Assembly: GCA_009693165.1 (NCBI GenBank)
Contig: SHXX01000001.1
Span: forward strand, 7,248 to 71,247
Length of the DNA stretch: 64,000 nt
From: Chloroflexota bacterium
GTDB taxonomy: Bacteria; Chloroflexota; UBA11872; UBA12225
Reading direction: 5' to 3'
The translations under genes were made by a program, and so were the position numbers. This document shows positions 8,651-19,022 of this stretch, piece after piece. The stretch's first letter is position 1; each line of letters starts with the position of its first letter. Under the pieces are notes generated by a model that saw nothing but the letters and a program-made list of their open reading frames with translations, was not told where the DNA came from and did no database searches.

Positions 8651-11173
8651 CTACTTCACTGTTGCTATTCCCGCGCCTGCCGGCAACTGCCTCACTTGCC
8701 CCGCGCTGACTGGCAGGACGTTCTTCCACTCGAAGCGGGCGAGGAAGGTTTCCATGTCGGGGATGTGATGGAGGGCGCCGTCATCCCCGACGACGAAGAT
8801 GCGTCCGCTGCCCCGGAAGTCCCACAGGAGCCACCCGATCCGCGGTTGCGCCATCGGTGCGCTGGTCAGGGCGCTGTCCGGAATGGTCTGCACCTTGCCC
8901 CAGTCGATGTCAGCGATGTCGTTGCTGTCATCAGGACTGATCCACTCAAGGTAACCCGCTGCACCGACCCCGAAGATTGGCCCGGAATCAGATCGCAGCC
9001 ATCCCCGGAAGCGTCGCTGCCCAGATTCGGGGTCGACGTAGGCCACATCCGCCGAGATCAGACTGCCATCAGCGCCGACAATCTGGAGTGACTGGCCGCG
9101 GACGATGGTTGCGCCATAACTCTCGGTGGCAACGGGCGCAGCTGGCGCAGTTGAAGGCGACACCGCTGACGGTGGCGCACTCGAGACTGATCGTGCGGGC
9201 GCCGGAGGCGCGGCGGACCCACCACCACCACCTCCTCCGCTTCCAGAGTTCGTGACTGCATTGGCAGGACTACTCGTCGGTGTGACGGTAACCGTCGCTG
9301 TGCTCGTGGCAGTGGAGGTCATCGTGACGGTCGTCGTGGCGGTTGGCGACTTGGTCACCGTCATCGTGGCGGTTGGCGTCAACGTGACCGTGCGGGTGGT
9401 GGTGGCGGTTGGCGTCAACGTGACCGTGCGGGTGGTGGTGGCGGTTGGCGTCTGTGTGACGGTTGGCGTGTGGGTCCGCGTCGGGGTCACCGACGGCGTG
9501 CGGGTGGTTGTAGGCGAATTTGGTGCCGGTGTGGGTGTGCAGGCGCACGCAATCTGGGCAAGGCTGAGTGCGCCCGGGATGTTCAGGAGACCGGCACCAT
9601 ACGCGTTGGGGTTCTGGGAGGCTGCAGCGGTGACGAGGACCGAGGACCGCAGCGCCGTCCGCACCTGTTCGCGGGTGAGCGAGGGGAAGGTCGACCAGAT
9701 GATAGCGGCGGCCCCGGCCACGTGGGGAGCCGCCATCGACGTGCCGCTCTCGTAGCCGTAGCCGGACCGGTCACCCTTGGATGTCACGTAGGTGCTGAGG
9801 ACCGATGAACCAGGGGCCGCCATCCCGTTGGTTGCGACGTAGGTCTGATGTGTCGAGAACGATGCAATGGCGTTCGTGCTGTCGACCGCGGCGACGGGGA
9901 TCAGCTTGCCATTGCCGTTGCTTCCGGTATCGGCATACGCGGCCGGGTAGTCCTTCTCATTCGAGAGATTGCACCCATTGGCGGCGTAACTGGCCTCCCC
10001 GCAGTTCCCGGCGGAGACGACCACCAGTGCCCCGGCGATGTACGCCGCATCGATTGCGCTCTTGACCGCCTGGGTGTCCTGGTCGCCGCCGAGGCTGAGA
10101 TTGATGACCTTTGCACCCTTGGCAACTGCCCACGCAATTCCCGCGGCGACACCGTCGGTGGTGCCATTTCCGTCGGCATCCAGGACCTGCACCGGCATGA
10201 TAAGTACGGGACGGTCCCCGGCGACCCCGGCGACCCCGATGCCGTTGTCGGTCTCGGCTGCGATGATCCCGGCGACATGGGTGCCATGCCCATCGCCGTC
10301 GGAAGGGAAGGTTGACGAGTTCGACGAGGAGTAAGGGGTACACGCAGTCGACAGGCACTTGCCCCAGGTGGAGGTCGGAGCGAGACGGTTGACGAGGTCG
10401 GGATGGTCCAGTTGGACGCCCGTGTCGACGACCGCCACCGTGACCGGGGTGCCGGCATTGATGGCCCCGGCGACCGGCCACGCGGACTTGGCGCCGCTGT
10501 TGACCAATCCCCACTGGGCTGCGAACCGGGTGTCGTTCGGTTCGGAGAGGAGGCGTGCGCGGACCGGCGCCCCTCCCGTCGCGGTCGGGGTTGCGGTCAT
10601 GGTCCCCGTGGTCTCGTGCTTGCGGACGGTGGCGACGCGTTCGACCCACTGGATGTCAAGGCGGGAAGCAAGGGTGGCGATGGCCTGGTCGGCCTGGCCG
10701 GCGGGAACCTCGATGGCGCGGAGGTCAAGGTCGGGTAATCCGGGGGTGTAGGACGTGGTCGATGGCGCCCCGACCGATGCCTCGGGCGAGACCCCGAGGG
10801 AGGCCACCCATGCGGCGGCCCGACGGACCACCGACGAATGCACGCGGAACGTCAGGCGAACTGTGTCCCGCCCGGTTGAGGTTGTTGTGGTTCCCGCAGA
10901 CTTCGTGGTGATTGCTGTCGGCCCAGACATTGAGGGAGACGGCGACGGCGAAGGGGTCACGGAAATCCCGTTCGCCAGACTTAACTGGGATCCTCCAAGC
11001 GAGGTGAACGTCACCAGCAACGCAACACCAACCCAGATGGCCTTTGCAAGCGGGCGTGCCTGAGCGTTCAAAGAGCGCTTGTAGGTGTTTTTCGCTGGTT
11101 CGGGTCGGTCAATGTTCACGATAAGAGACTTTGGGGGGATTTCTTGGCGATTGAGACGGGCAATAGGGCGCAA
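8651..11173 (-). CDS. Secreted S8 family serine peptidase (subtilisin-like) with Thr/Pro-rich repeat linker and unknown C-terminal domain
   Basis: Catalytic motifs VAVVDTGVQLDHPDL (Asp), HGTHVAGIIAA (His), SGTSMAAPHVAGAAA (Ser). N-terminal hydrophobic anchor, I9-like propeptide region, TPTATTTRTVTL repeats, a poly-Gly run and a ~190-aa C-terminal domain. Confidence 0.9.
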   Translation of the reverse strand: MRPIARLNRQEIPPKSLIVNIDRPEPAKNTYKRSLNAQARPLAKAIWVGVALLVTFTSLGGSQLSLANGISVTPSPSPSPSMSGPTAITTKSAGTTTTSTGRDTVRLTFRVHSSVVRRAAAWVASLGVSPEASVGAPSTTSYTPGLPDLDLRAIEVPAGQADQAIATLASRLDIQWVERVATVRKHETTGTMTATPTATGGAPVRARLLSEPNDTRFAAQWGLVNSGAKSAWPVAGAINAGTPVTVAVVDTGVQLDHPDLVNRLAPTSTWGKCLSTACTPYSSSNSSTFPSDGDGHGTHVAGIIAAETDNGIGVAGVAGDRPVLIMPVQVLDADGNGTTDGVAAGIAWAVAKGAKVINLSLGGDQDTQAVKSAIDAAYIAGALVVVSAGNCGEASYAANGCNLSNEKDYPAAYADTGSNGNGKLIPVAAVDSTNAIASFSTHQTYVATNGMAAPGSSVLSTYVTSKGDRSGYGYESGTSMAAPHVAGAAAIIWSTFPSLTREQVRTALRSSVLVTAAASQNPNAYGAGLLNIPGALSLAQIACACTPTPAPNSPTTTRTPSVTPTRTHTPTVTQTPTATTTRTVTLTPTATTTRTVTLTPTATMTVTKSPTATTTVTMTSTATSTATVTVTPTSSPANAVTNSGSGGGGGGGSAAPPAPARSVSSAPPSAVSPSTAPAAPVATESYGATIVRGQSLQIVGADGSLISADVAYVDPESGQRRFRGWLRSDSGPIFGVGAAGYLEWISPDDSNDIADIDWGKVQTIPDSALTSAPMAQPRIGWLLWDFRGSGRIFVVGDDGALHHIPDMETFLARFEWKNVLPVSAGQVRQLPAGAGIATVK
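9336..9452. repeat. Tandem repeat inside the S8 peptidase gene (two identical 36-bp units 9366-9401 and 9402-9437, flanked by degenerate copies)
   Basis: gtggcggttggcgtcaacgtgaccgtgcgggtggtg occurs twice back-to-back without mismatch. On the minus strand it encodes TPTATTTRTVTL. Confidence 0.9.
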
Positions 11174-11531
11174 GTATGGGTTTGAGGGGTGCGGGATGTC
11201 TCCGCCGACCAGCTGTGGTCGCGCACTTGCTCCTCCGTCAGATGCTTATTAAGTACTCTGAGTTCGAACGCACCGTCCCACGAGAATGATGCGTCGGCGC
11301 GAGCCTGCCTAGTCGTTGCGGCGCCTCAATGCCTCAAATTGGGTATCGCGACCGTCCTAGCCCCCGGTTAACCCTGCGCGCACGGCCATCAGGTCGTTGT
11401 CACAAGCTCTTGAATGCCGATCCAGTTACCCGCGCCTCGGTCCGTTCGGGGCCGTTAGTAGATCGAAACGGGTCGATTTCGGGCCGGTGCTGGGCTTTTC
11501 GTCGTGGTGGTTGCAAGGGGGCAGTAGCGAC

Positions 11532-12698
11532 ATGCATCCGGAACCAATTGTCGCATTGCGTACACGGCGCGAGCTCATTGCACGGATTGCAAGGGCATTC
11601 GTTCCCGTGTTGGCAGTTGGTGTCGGCGTATCCACCTCGGCCTGCGACGCACTCCAGGAGCTAGTGCCACCGACGCCCACGCGCGAACCGGGTGGCGCTG
11701 GTACGCCTGTGGCGGTTGCTTCGCCCTCGGTAACACCTCGTCCGGCCGTCACCATCAATCCCGCAACCCTCCCGGGCAAGCTTGTCTTCGTGAGCGATTC
11801 GAATATCGCTGTCTGGGCACGGGGTGCCATGCGGAAACTGACCGGCGACCGGATCAGTCGGCAACCTACGTGGTCCCCTGATGGCACTCGTATCGCCCTG
11901 GTCAAGCTGGATGTGAATTCGTCCGACCTCTGGTTGATGAACGCGGACGGTGCGAATGCCCGCCAGTTGACCCGAAATGAAAGCCGGATCCTTAACCAGA
12001 ACTCGTGGGCCTTCCGTCCGACCTGGTGGCCCGACGGTTCACGCCTGCTGTTTCTCGGCGAGGAGACCACCAACGACCTGATGGTCTGGGAGATTGGCCT
12101 TGATGGGCGGAACAAGAAGCCGTTCCTGATCGCCCGGGATTATGACGGAGGCCTCGACCGCCCAGGAGTCACTCCCGATGGCAAGACGGTCGTGTTGGTG
12201 AGTTACCGGGCCGGCGGGGGGAAGGCACAGGTGTGGTCCACGTCCTTGCCGAACGGACCCTGGAAGCAACTGACCGAACACGCAGACGGCGCCTACGACC
12301 CATGCCTGTCACCGGACGGCACCAGGGTCGCCTACACGGTGCGGTCTCAGTCATCCCATGACATCTGGGTCATGAACGTTGACGGATCGGGTCAGCAACG
12401 AGTGACGTACCACGGTGGTGTCCGCGGACCATGCTGGTCGCCGGATGCCCAGTATCTCGCCTATGTTGCGGCTGAGGCGAACCAGTTTGACCTTTGGGTC
12501 GCGACGGTCCCAGTGGCGTTGCCTCCCGCGCCAGTGACAGCGACCCCTTCTCGCAAGTCTGGACCGGGGACCCCGGTTCCAACCGCGGAACCTACCCCGA
12601 CGGCGCCACCAGTTCGTGATGTCCGCCCGGTGATTACGCGCCAAGTCACGCACCAGGCGCAGATCGAGGCCGTTTCAGGAGTCGCATGGACACATTGA
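11532..12698 (+). CDS. TolB-like / PD40 (WD40-like) beta-propeller repeat protein, probable lipoprotein or secreted
   Basis: Repeated motifs SPDGTRIALV, TPDGKTVVLVS, SPDGTRVAYT, SPDAQYLAYV. Start set at ATG 11532 (MHPEP...VGVSTSAC, signal/lipobox-like). The ORF is open from 11397. Confidence 0.75.
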   Translation: MHPEPIVALRTRRELIARIARAFVPVLAVGVGVSTSACDALQELVPPTPTREPGGAGTPVAVASPSVTPRPAVTINPATLPGKLVFVSDSNIAVWARGAMRKLTGDRISRQPTWSPDGTRIALVKLDVNSSDLWLMNADGANARQLTRNESRILNQNSWAFRPTWWPDGSRLLFLGEETTNDLMVWEIGLDGRNKKPFLIARDYDGGLDRPGVTPDGKTVVLVSYRAGGGKAQVWSTSLPNGPWKQLTEHADGAYDPCLSPDGTRVAYTVRSQSSHDIWVMNVDGSGQQRVTYHGGVRGPCWSPDAQYLAYVAAEANQFDLWVATVPVALPPAPVTATPSRKSGPGTPVPTAEPTPTAPPVRDVRPVITRQVTHQAQIEAVSGVAWTH

Positions 12699-13312
12699 AC
12701 ATCGACCCGGTTGGCTCGGCCACCCCATCCGGTAGCCACCGTCGTGTGGTTGACTACGGAACTGGCAGGCGGAGAGATCCAGGTGAACCCGCTGCGTTGG
12801 ACGCCTTGAATGAGGGTGAGGAGACGGTTGCCGTCGCTGCCGCCCCTGTTCCACGTCGGTTCTTGTTCCTTGGCAGGTTTCTTATCCGCACGGCGCCACG
12901 GACGTTCTCTCCGGTGATGATCGCGGCCAGTCTGCTGATCTTGGTCGGCGGCTCTTTGGGGACAGGGTTCTTCTCCGTTTCCCTGACCGGTTACCAGATT
13001 GGCCTGCGCGCCGAGGAAATCCGCCTGGATGTCATCAAGCGCGAAGAACGGGTAGCTGCCCTGAAGACAAGGATTGCCTATCTCGAGACGGATGCGTTCG
13101 TCGAAGTGGCGTCGCGCGAGAAGTTGAGCCTTGTGCGTCCCGGTGATCACGCCGTCATCATGCTTCCCGAGCGAGATGAGGTTGCCTGGGTGCCCGATGC
13201 ACCTCCAGTCCGACCAAGAGGCCCGTTTGGCCAAGCTTTTGGGCAACTCGATGCATGGTTCCGTCTCTTCTTCGGTGCACCGGACGAGGGCATCCTCGGA
13301 CGTCGGCCCTGA
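12686..13312 (+). CDS. Septum formation initiator family protein (FtsB/DivIC-like)
   Basis: Single TM helix (VMIAASLLILVGGSL), coiled-coil segment, then ...DAFVEVASREKLSLVRPGDHAVIM resembling the FtsB/DivIC C-terminal motif. Lies directly upstream of tilS-hpt-ftsH. Confidence 0.6.
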   Translation: MDTLNIDPVGSATPSGSHRRVVDYGTGRRRDPGEPAALDALNEGEETVAVAAAPVPRRFLFLGRFLIRTAPRTFSPVMIAASLLILVGGSLGTGFFSVSLTGYQIGLRAEEIRLDVIKREERVAALKTRIAYLETDAFVEVASREKLSLVRPGDHAVIMLPERDEVAWVPDAPPVRPRGPFGQAFGQLDAWFRLFFGAPDEGILGRRP

Positions 13313-13345
13313 CCAGATGGCACGGCGTGTCCGGTTCGGGACTGC

Positions 13346-14512
13346 GTGACAACTTCTGCCCTCTCGTCACGAGCATCGGCCGTGCGAGTTGTCGAGCGAG
13401 CGATCGCTTCAACCGGAATTGACTATCGCGGCACTAAGGTGATCGCAGCCGTGTCCGGTGGTGCGGACTCGACGTTTCTTGCCTGCAGCCTCGTTGCACT
13501 CCAGAGACGCTTCGGGTTCCGCGTCGCCATCGGCCATGTCAATCATGGATGGCGACCGGTAGAGGCTGCCGAGGATGCAAGGTTTGTGGCCCGCCTCGGC
13601 CGACGCCTCGGTCTTCCGGTCCACGTCCTTGCAATGGCCGGAACGCATGCCGACACTTCGGTCACAAGAGGTCCGGAAGCGGCCGCACGTCACGGCCGCT
13701 ATCAGTTCCTTGCGGATCTGGCGGCGTCGACTGGTTCGGAAGCAATCATGACGGGCCATACTGCCGATGATCAGGTGGAGACCGCACTCCTTGCATTGTT
13801 GCGTGGACGCGGTCCCGGGTCGGTCGCGGGAATGGATACGGTTTCCCCAGTGCCTCATTCACCGGCCTTGTCGTCCCGTGTCTCGCATGGCGACGCAATC
13901 TTGGATGTGGAACTGACGTCGTCGGGACGCCCATCGTTCGTGCGAGCAGTCCTCGTCAGGCCAATGCTCGGTCTACGCGCGATGGTCGTCAGGAAGGCGC
14001 TGCGTGACGCGGGTATCGAATGGCGCGAGGATGCGACGAACGATGACCTGCGACATCCCCGCAATCGTCTCCGCCAACGGGTCCTTCCCGAATTGGAGGC
14101 GATCTCTCCCGGGTTCCGCGACGCATTCCTGCGGTCGCTGTCGATAACCAGGGAAATGGCTGAGATAGCCGAAGAGGCCGTCGATGCAGCTGGCCGCAAC
14201 TGGAAACCATGTGATCACGGCGTCCAGATGCCAATTCATACGCTGGCCGGTTACGCACCCTTTGTCCAGACTGCGGTGATCCGGACGGCCCTGATTCGGC
14301 TTGGCGCCGATCCCGAACGCATTGAGTCGTCGCACCTCCGCGTCGCCACCGCAATGATCGCCCGTCGCCGTGGTCGTGCGTATCTCGAGATCGCGGACGG
14401 CTACCGGATCGCGGTGAGCAAGGGAACCGCTGTTATCACGCGGGTCGGTTCATATCCGCGGGCGGTCGATGGGTCCGATTGGTCTGAGGGTGTGGTAAAC
14501 CGGGCACCGTGA
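13346..14512 (+). CDS. tilS: tRNA(Ile)-lysidine synthetase
   Basis: PP-loop motif AAVSGGADSTFL, with conserved tilS-hpt-ftsH gene order. Confidence 0.85.
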   Translation: MTTSALSSRASAVRVVERAIASTGIDYRGTKVIAAVSGGADSTFLACSLVALQRRFGFRVAIGHVNHGWRPVEAAEDARFVARLGRRLGLPVHVLAMAGTHADTSVTRGPEAAARHGRYQFLADLAASTGSEAIMTGHTADDQVETALLALLRGRGPGSVAGMDTVSPVPHSPALSSRVSHGDAILDVELTSSGRPSFVRAVLVRPMLGLRAMVVRKALRDAGIEWREDATNDDLRHPRNRLRQRVLPELEAISPGFRDAFLRSLSITREMAEIAEEAVDAAGRNWKPCDHGVQMPIHTLAGYAPFVQTAVIRTALIRLGADPERIESSHLRVATAMIARRRGRAYLEIADGYRIAVSKGTAVITRVGSYPRAVDGSDWSEGVVNRAP

Positions 14513-14550
14513 TGTGACCGCGGGTGCCGCCTGCGCTGATCGGAGAGACG

Positions 14551-15105
14551 ATGACTGACACACCGGCCCACCCGGACATCGAGCAGGTCCTGATAAGTTC
14601 GGAGGCGGTTCGGGCCCGAGTGGACGAACTCGGCGCGATGATCAGTGCCTCGTATGCAGGGCGCGCCCCGATCCTGATCGGTGTCCTGAAGGGGGCGGTC
14701 GTGTTCATGACCGATCTGGCCCGCGCCATCGACCTCCCGGTCGAACTCGACTTCATGGCGGTGTCCAGCTACGGCAATTCCACCGAATCCAGTGGCATCG
14801 TCCGCATAACTAAGGATTTAGATGCGACGATCGAGCAACGGGACGTCCTCCTGGTCGAGGACATCGTCGACAGTGGCATGACCCTCCGGTACCTCAGGCA
14901 GTATCTGGAACGCCGGGATCCCGCGTCGCTGCGGATCTGCACCCTGCTCGACAAGCAGGTCGCGCGGAAGGCGGACGTCACTGTCGAATATACGGGATTC
15001 CAGATCCCGGACCGGTTCGTCGTCGGCTATGGCCTAGACTATGCGGAGAGATATCGGAACCTTCCGTACATCGGCATCCTGAAAAAGTCCGTCTATGGCG
15101 GATGA
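14551..15105 (+). CDS. hpt: Hypoxanthine-guanine phosphoribosyltransferase
   Basis: PRPP-binding motif VLLVEDIVDSGMTL and C-terminal YGLDYAERYRNLPYIG. ATG 14551 is preceded by GGAGAG. Confidence 0.9.
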   Translation: MTDTPAHPDIEQVLISSEAVRARVDELGAMISASYAGRAPILIGVLKGAVVFMTDLARAIDLPVELDFMAVSSYGNSTESSGIVRITKDLDATIEQRDVLLVEDIVDSGMTLRYLRQYLERRDPASLRICTLLDKQVARKADVTVEYTGFQIPDRFVVGYGLDYAERYRNLPYIGILKKSVYGG

Positions 15106-15232
15106 AGCGATGCGCCCTATTGATGCCAGAAATGACAGGTTCCGTGAACTCGTGGTGCCAGTGCCGTGCCGGTCATCGGTTCGACATGCAGTCTCCGTAT
15201 AATTCTGTGGAACCTGTCGGGAAACCCAACCC

Positions 15233-17176
15233 GTGAAGATGGACGCGCGCTGGCTGCGCAACAGTTTTGTCTACCTCGTGATAATGGTCGCGGTCCTCGC
15301 GATCTTCTTTACCTTGTTCAGTCCGCAGTCGCGCGAGACCCAGGTCCCGATTACCGACCTGATGGCGATCGTGGTTCGCGATGCGAAGCAGAACCGGGTT
15401 GACACCCTCGTGGTGCAGGGCAACCGCCTGCTTGCCGACACAAGCGAGGGACGCAAGGTGGCCATCAAGTCTGACAAGACAGATGTGCTCGATCTGCTGA
15501 ACCAGAATGGCGTGCGCTTCGAACAAGTGAAGGTCGAAGTTCGTGAGCCAAGCCAGTTCACTTCGTGGCTGGGCATCATCGGCTCATTCCTGCCGGTGAT
15601 CGTGTTCGGTGCCCTCCTGGTTTTCATGATGCGGCAGGCGCAGGGGTCGAACAACCAGGCAATGAGCTTCGGCAAGAGCCGCGCCCGCGTCTTCACTGGC
15701 AACAAGCAGACCCTGACCTTTGGCGACGTCGCCGGGGTCGATGAGGCGAAGCAGGAACTTGCCGAAATCGTCGAGTTCCTGAAGTACCCCGAGAAGTTCG
15801 CCGCCCTTGGGGCACGCATTCCGCGCGGTGTCCTTCTTGTTGGCCCTCCGGGAACCGGCAAGACGTACCTGTCACGCGCCGTCGCTGGCGAGGCAGGCGT
15901 GCCGTTCTTCTCCATCTCGGGTTCAGAGTTCGTTGAGATGTTTGTCGGTGTCGGAGCAAGCCGCGTCCGCGATCTCTTTGACCAGGCGAAGCGGAATGCG
16001 CCGTGCATCGTATTCGTGGATGAAATCGATGCGGTAGGGCGTCAACGTGGGGCCGGCCTTGGTGGAAGCCACGATGAGCGCGAGCAGACCCTCAACCAGA
16101 TCCTGGTGGAGATGGATGGGTTCGACACGAACGCGAACGTGATCGTCCTCGCCGCCACCAACCGGCCCGATGTCCTTGATCCGGCACTGTTGCGGCCCGG
16201 TCGCTTCGACCGGCGCGTCATCCTCGATAACCCCGACATCCGAGGCCGTCAGGCAATCCTGGATGTCCATGCCCGGGGAAAGCCACTCGACAAGACCGTC
16301 GACCTTGGCGTTCTCGCCAAGCAGACGCCAGGGTTTTCAGGGGCCGACTTGATGAACCTCCTGAACGAGGGGGCGATCCTGAGTGCCCGGCGCAACAAGA
16401 AGGCCATCGGTTCTTCAGAACTCGAGGAGGCGATTGACCGGGTCATCGCCGGTCCCGAGAGGCGCAGCCGGGTCATTTCGGCGCGTGAGCGCTCCGTGAC
16501 CGCGTACCACGAAGTTGGCCACGCGATCGTCGCAAAGATGCTTCCGCACTGCTACCCGGTGCACAAGCTAAGCATTGTCGCGCGGGGAATGGCCGGTGGC
16601 TACACGCGGTATCTGCCTCCGGAAGATTCCTACATGCAGACGCGGTCCTTCATGGAAGACATGCTCTCGGCCATGTTGGGTGGGCACGCCGCTGAGGAGA
16701 TTGTCTTCAGTGAATTGACCACTGGGGCGAGTGACGATCTCGACAAGGCGACCGACATGGCACGTCGCATGGTCACTCGCTACGGGATGAGCCGTCGACT
16801 CGGTCCGCGAACGTATGGCAAGCGCGAAGAACTGGTCTTCCTCGGACGTGACATTTCGGAGACGCGGAATTACTCCGATGCCACCGCACTTGCCATCGAC
16901 GAGGAAATCAGTGAGATCATCGCGCGGGCCCACCGGACGGCCCGTGAACTCATCATGAAGCACCGTACGAAGGTCGATGAGATAGCCAAGAGGCTCATCC
17001 ACGACGAGACCCTCGATTCCGAAGCTTTCAATGCGATGTTCGACGGTGTGCCGACGGAAACCGTGGAAGTCGGGATCGATACGTCGTCTGAAAACGGCCA
17101 CTACCCGCCCGAACCGACCGCCATGGTGGGGGAATCTGATGCTGGCGGTCGGAGTTCGCGTCCCGCGGTTGCGTGA
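15233..17176 (+). CDS. ftsH: ATP-dependent zinc metalloprotease FtsH
   Basis: Two N-terminal TM segments, Walker A GPPGTGKT, Walker [10 protein letters not shown], zinc motif HEVGHAI. Confidence 0.95.
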   Translation: MKMDARWLRNSFVYLVIMVAVLAIFFTLFSPQSRETQVPITDLMAIVVRDAKQNRVDTLVVQGNRLLADTSEGRKVAIKSDKTDVLDLLNQNGVRFEQVKVEVREPSQFTSWLGIIGSFLPVIVFGALLVFMMRQAQGSNNQAMSFGKSRARVFTGNKQTLTFGDVAGVDEAKQELAEIVEFLKYPEKFAALGARIPRGVLLVGPPGTGKTYLSRAVAGEAGVPFFSISGSEFVEMFVGVGASRVRDLFDQAKRNAPCIVFVDEIDAVGRQRGAGLGGSHDEREQTLNQILVEMDGFDTNANVIVLAATNRPDVLDPALLRPGRFDRRVILDNPDIRGRQAILDVHARGKPLDKTVDLGVLAKQTPGFSGADLMNLLNEGAILSARRNKKAIGSSELEEAIDRVIAGPERRSRVISARERSVTAYHEVGHAIVAKMLPHCYPVHKLSIVARGMAGGYTRYLPPEDSYMQTRSFMEDMLSAMLGGHAAEEIVFSELTTGASDDLDKATDMARRMVTRYGMSRRLGPRTYGKREELVFLGRDISETRNYSDATALAIDEEISEIIARAHRTARELIMKHRTKVDEIAKRLIHDETLDSEAFNAMFDGVPTETVEVGIDTSSENGHYPPEPTAMVGESDAGGRSSRPAVA

Positions 17177-17187
17177 GCAGTACCTCC

Positions 17188-17224
17188 GTTCCCGCGCCGG
17201 CATCTGCTCAGCCGGGGCGGGAAC
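17188..17224. terminator. Hairpin between convergent ftsH and VOC genes (possible bidirectional terminator)
   Basis: gttcccgcgccggc / gccggggcgggaac form a 14-bp stem with one mismatch and a 9-nt loop. No clear U-tract. Confidence 0.5.
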
Positions 17225-17241
17225 ACTCACCGAGTGGCGAA

Positions 17242-17661
17242 TCAGGTAAGTTCGTTGCGGAATAGTTCGATTGACCCACCCGCGGGTCCGCGGAAAAACG
17301 CAATTCGGACTGGCAACGCGAATGGGGTGCCCTGGATGGTGACATCCTTCGGTTCAACGGTCACCGTGGCCCCGTGAGCCCGTGCGTTCTCAAGTACCGC
17401 ATCCACATCGTGTGTGCGGATTGCGTAATGCAGGATTGGTCCGTCCGTCGTGGAAGGAGTCGTTCCCCCGGCAAAGACCTCGAGGTAGCTGCCGTTGCCG
17501 GTGTCAAGCATGACTGCCCGCTTGTCTCCTTCGCCCCACGTGATCTTTGGGCTGAACCCAAGCACTTCCGTATAGAAGCGCACCGCGCCGTCAAAGTCGG
17601 CTACCCGCACGGCGACATGGTGGAATCCTCCACCGCCGAGAACGCTGTTTGTTCCTGTCAT
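17242..17661 (-). CDS. VOC family protein (glyoxalase/bleomycin-resistance/dioxygenase fold)
   Basis: FHHVAVRVADFDGAVRFYTEVLGF and a second beta-alpha-beta-beta-beta half with HYAIRTHDVDAV. Confidence 0.8.
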   Translation of the reverse strand: MTGTNSVLGGGGFHHVAVRVADFDGAVRFYTEVLGFSPKITWGEGDKRAVMLDTGNGSYLEVFAGGTTPSTTDGPILHYAIRTHDVDAVLENARAHGATVTVEPKDVTIQGTPFALPVRIAFFRGPAGGSIELFRNELT

Positions 17662-17760
17662 GCCCGTTCCATCCTGGTGCGTGGTGCTTCACACGCCCGC
17701 ATCATGGTAATCGGTGGCAGACAACGGGTTGCGTCGCGTGTGCCAGGCATCGCATCGGTT

Positions 17761-18192
17761 TCAGGCGTTGGCCAGAGGCGAGTCCACAATCGATTCGCAC
17801 GATGGCGCCGGTGCATCCGCTTGGTCAGATCTGCTGCAAGCGTCTGACATCAACCACGCGTCGCCATACGCCCGCAAGGCATCCACCACCGGGCAGGCCG
17901 CAAGCCCCTTTTCGGTAAGGGTGTACTCGACGCGGGGCGGGATTTCGTTGAACATACGCCGGGTTACCATCCCGCGCGCGAGCAATTCGCGCAGGCGGTC
18001 GGTGAGCACGCGTGGGCTGATCCCGGTTGATGCCTCGAGTTCGGAGAACCGCCTCGGTCCATTTTCAAGGTCGCGGATGAGCAAGATCGTCCACACGTCC
18101 ACGATGAGTGCCGCCGCGCGCGCAACCCCGCAGTACTGGCCGTATTGCGACGATTGATGCGAAAGCGCTGCCTTTGTCGTTTCGCGTGTCAT
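17761..18192 (-). CDS. HxlR family winged-helix transcriptional regulator
   Basis: CGVARAAALIVDVWTILLIRDLENGPRRFSELEASTGISPRVLTDRLRELLARGMVTRR...EYTLTEKG. Start set at ATG 18192 (alternative 18258). Divergent from yceI. Confidence 0.8.
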   Translation of the reverse strand: MTRETTKAALSHQSSQYGQYCGVARAAALIVDVWTILLIRDLENGPRRFSELEASTGISPRVLTDRLRELLARGMVTRRMFNEIPPRVEYTLTEKGLAACPVVDALRAYGDAWLMSDACSRSDQADAPAPSCESIVDSPLANA

Positions 18193-18368
18193 TGCATTTC
18201 CGGCTGCACAGTACGCCGGGGATGCTTCCCCTTCGGCCAGTGTAGCATGATGCGACATCCGATGCTTTACTATCAGAAAAGAAGTGACATTGCGCAACGC
18301 ACCGCCTGCGAAGCTGTGGACCGCCCAGCTCGCGACCCGTATCCAAATCCTGATCGGAGAAGTCATAC

Positions 18369-18984
18369 ATGTCAGGTGCATCAACTTGGAACATCGATTC
18401 CAGCCACACGAATGTTGAGTTTGCCGTACGTCATCTCATGGTGAGTACCGTGCGGGGACGGTTGGGCGGCGTTGCCGGCACATTGGTTCTTGACCGCGAA
18501 CACCCGGCGAACAGCCCTATCGACGTCACGATTGACATCGCGTCAGTTGATACTAAGAACGAAATGCGCGACAACCATCTCAGGTCGGGTGATTTCTTCG
18601 AGGCCGAGAAGTACCCGCACATGACGTTTTCTCAGCACCAAAGTCGAAGGCGCCGGCGGCGACCGGTATCACGTATACGGAAACTTGACGATCAAGGGTG
18701 TGACCCATCCGGTTGTTCTCGACGCTGAGGTCACCGGCTTCAACCGGTCACCCTATGGGTTCAACGTGGTCGGGTTCGAGGCGAAGACCAGGATCAATCA
18801 CAGCGATTTCGGCCTCACGTGGAATACAGCGCTTGAGACTGGTGGGGTCCTCGTGAGCGAGGAAGTGCCCATCACCCTCGATATCGAGGCGATTGAAAAG
18901 ACCGCCCAGGTCAGCATCCCGTCATTGGAAGGTGGGGTCTTCTTCTTCTGCCGACCACATGCCCACGCGCCTGGGTGGGAGTGA
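18369..18984 (+). pseudogene. yceI: YceI family protein, interrupted by a +1 frameshift in a T4 run at 18627-18630
   Basis: The N-terminal half (WNIDSSHTNVEFAVRHLMVSTVRGRL...EKYPHMTF) is in frame 0 and runs into an Arg-rich nonsense tail. The C-terminal half (STKVEGAGGDRYHVYGNLTIKGVTHPVVLDAEV...INHSDFGLTWN) continues in frame +1, which is open from 18625. Confidence 0.7.
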
Positions 18985-19022
18985 CCCAGGCGCATGGCTT
19001 TTCCATCCAAGGGATGGAGAAT

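Noticed and set aside
9336-9452. Regularly spaced direct repeats that could look like a CRISPR array.
   Set aside because: The units are contiguous with no spacers, lie inside the S8 protease reading frame, and encode a Thr/Pro linker. No cas genes are in the window.
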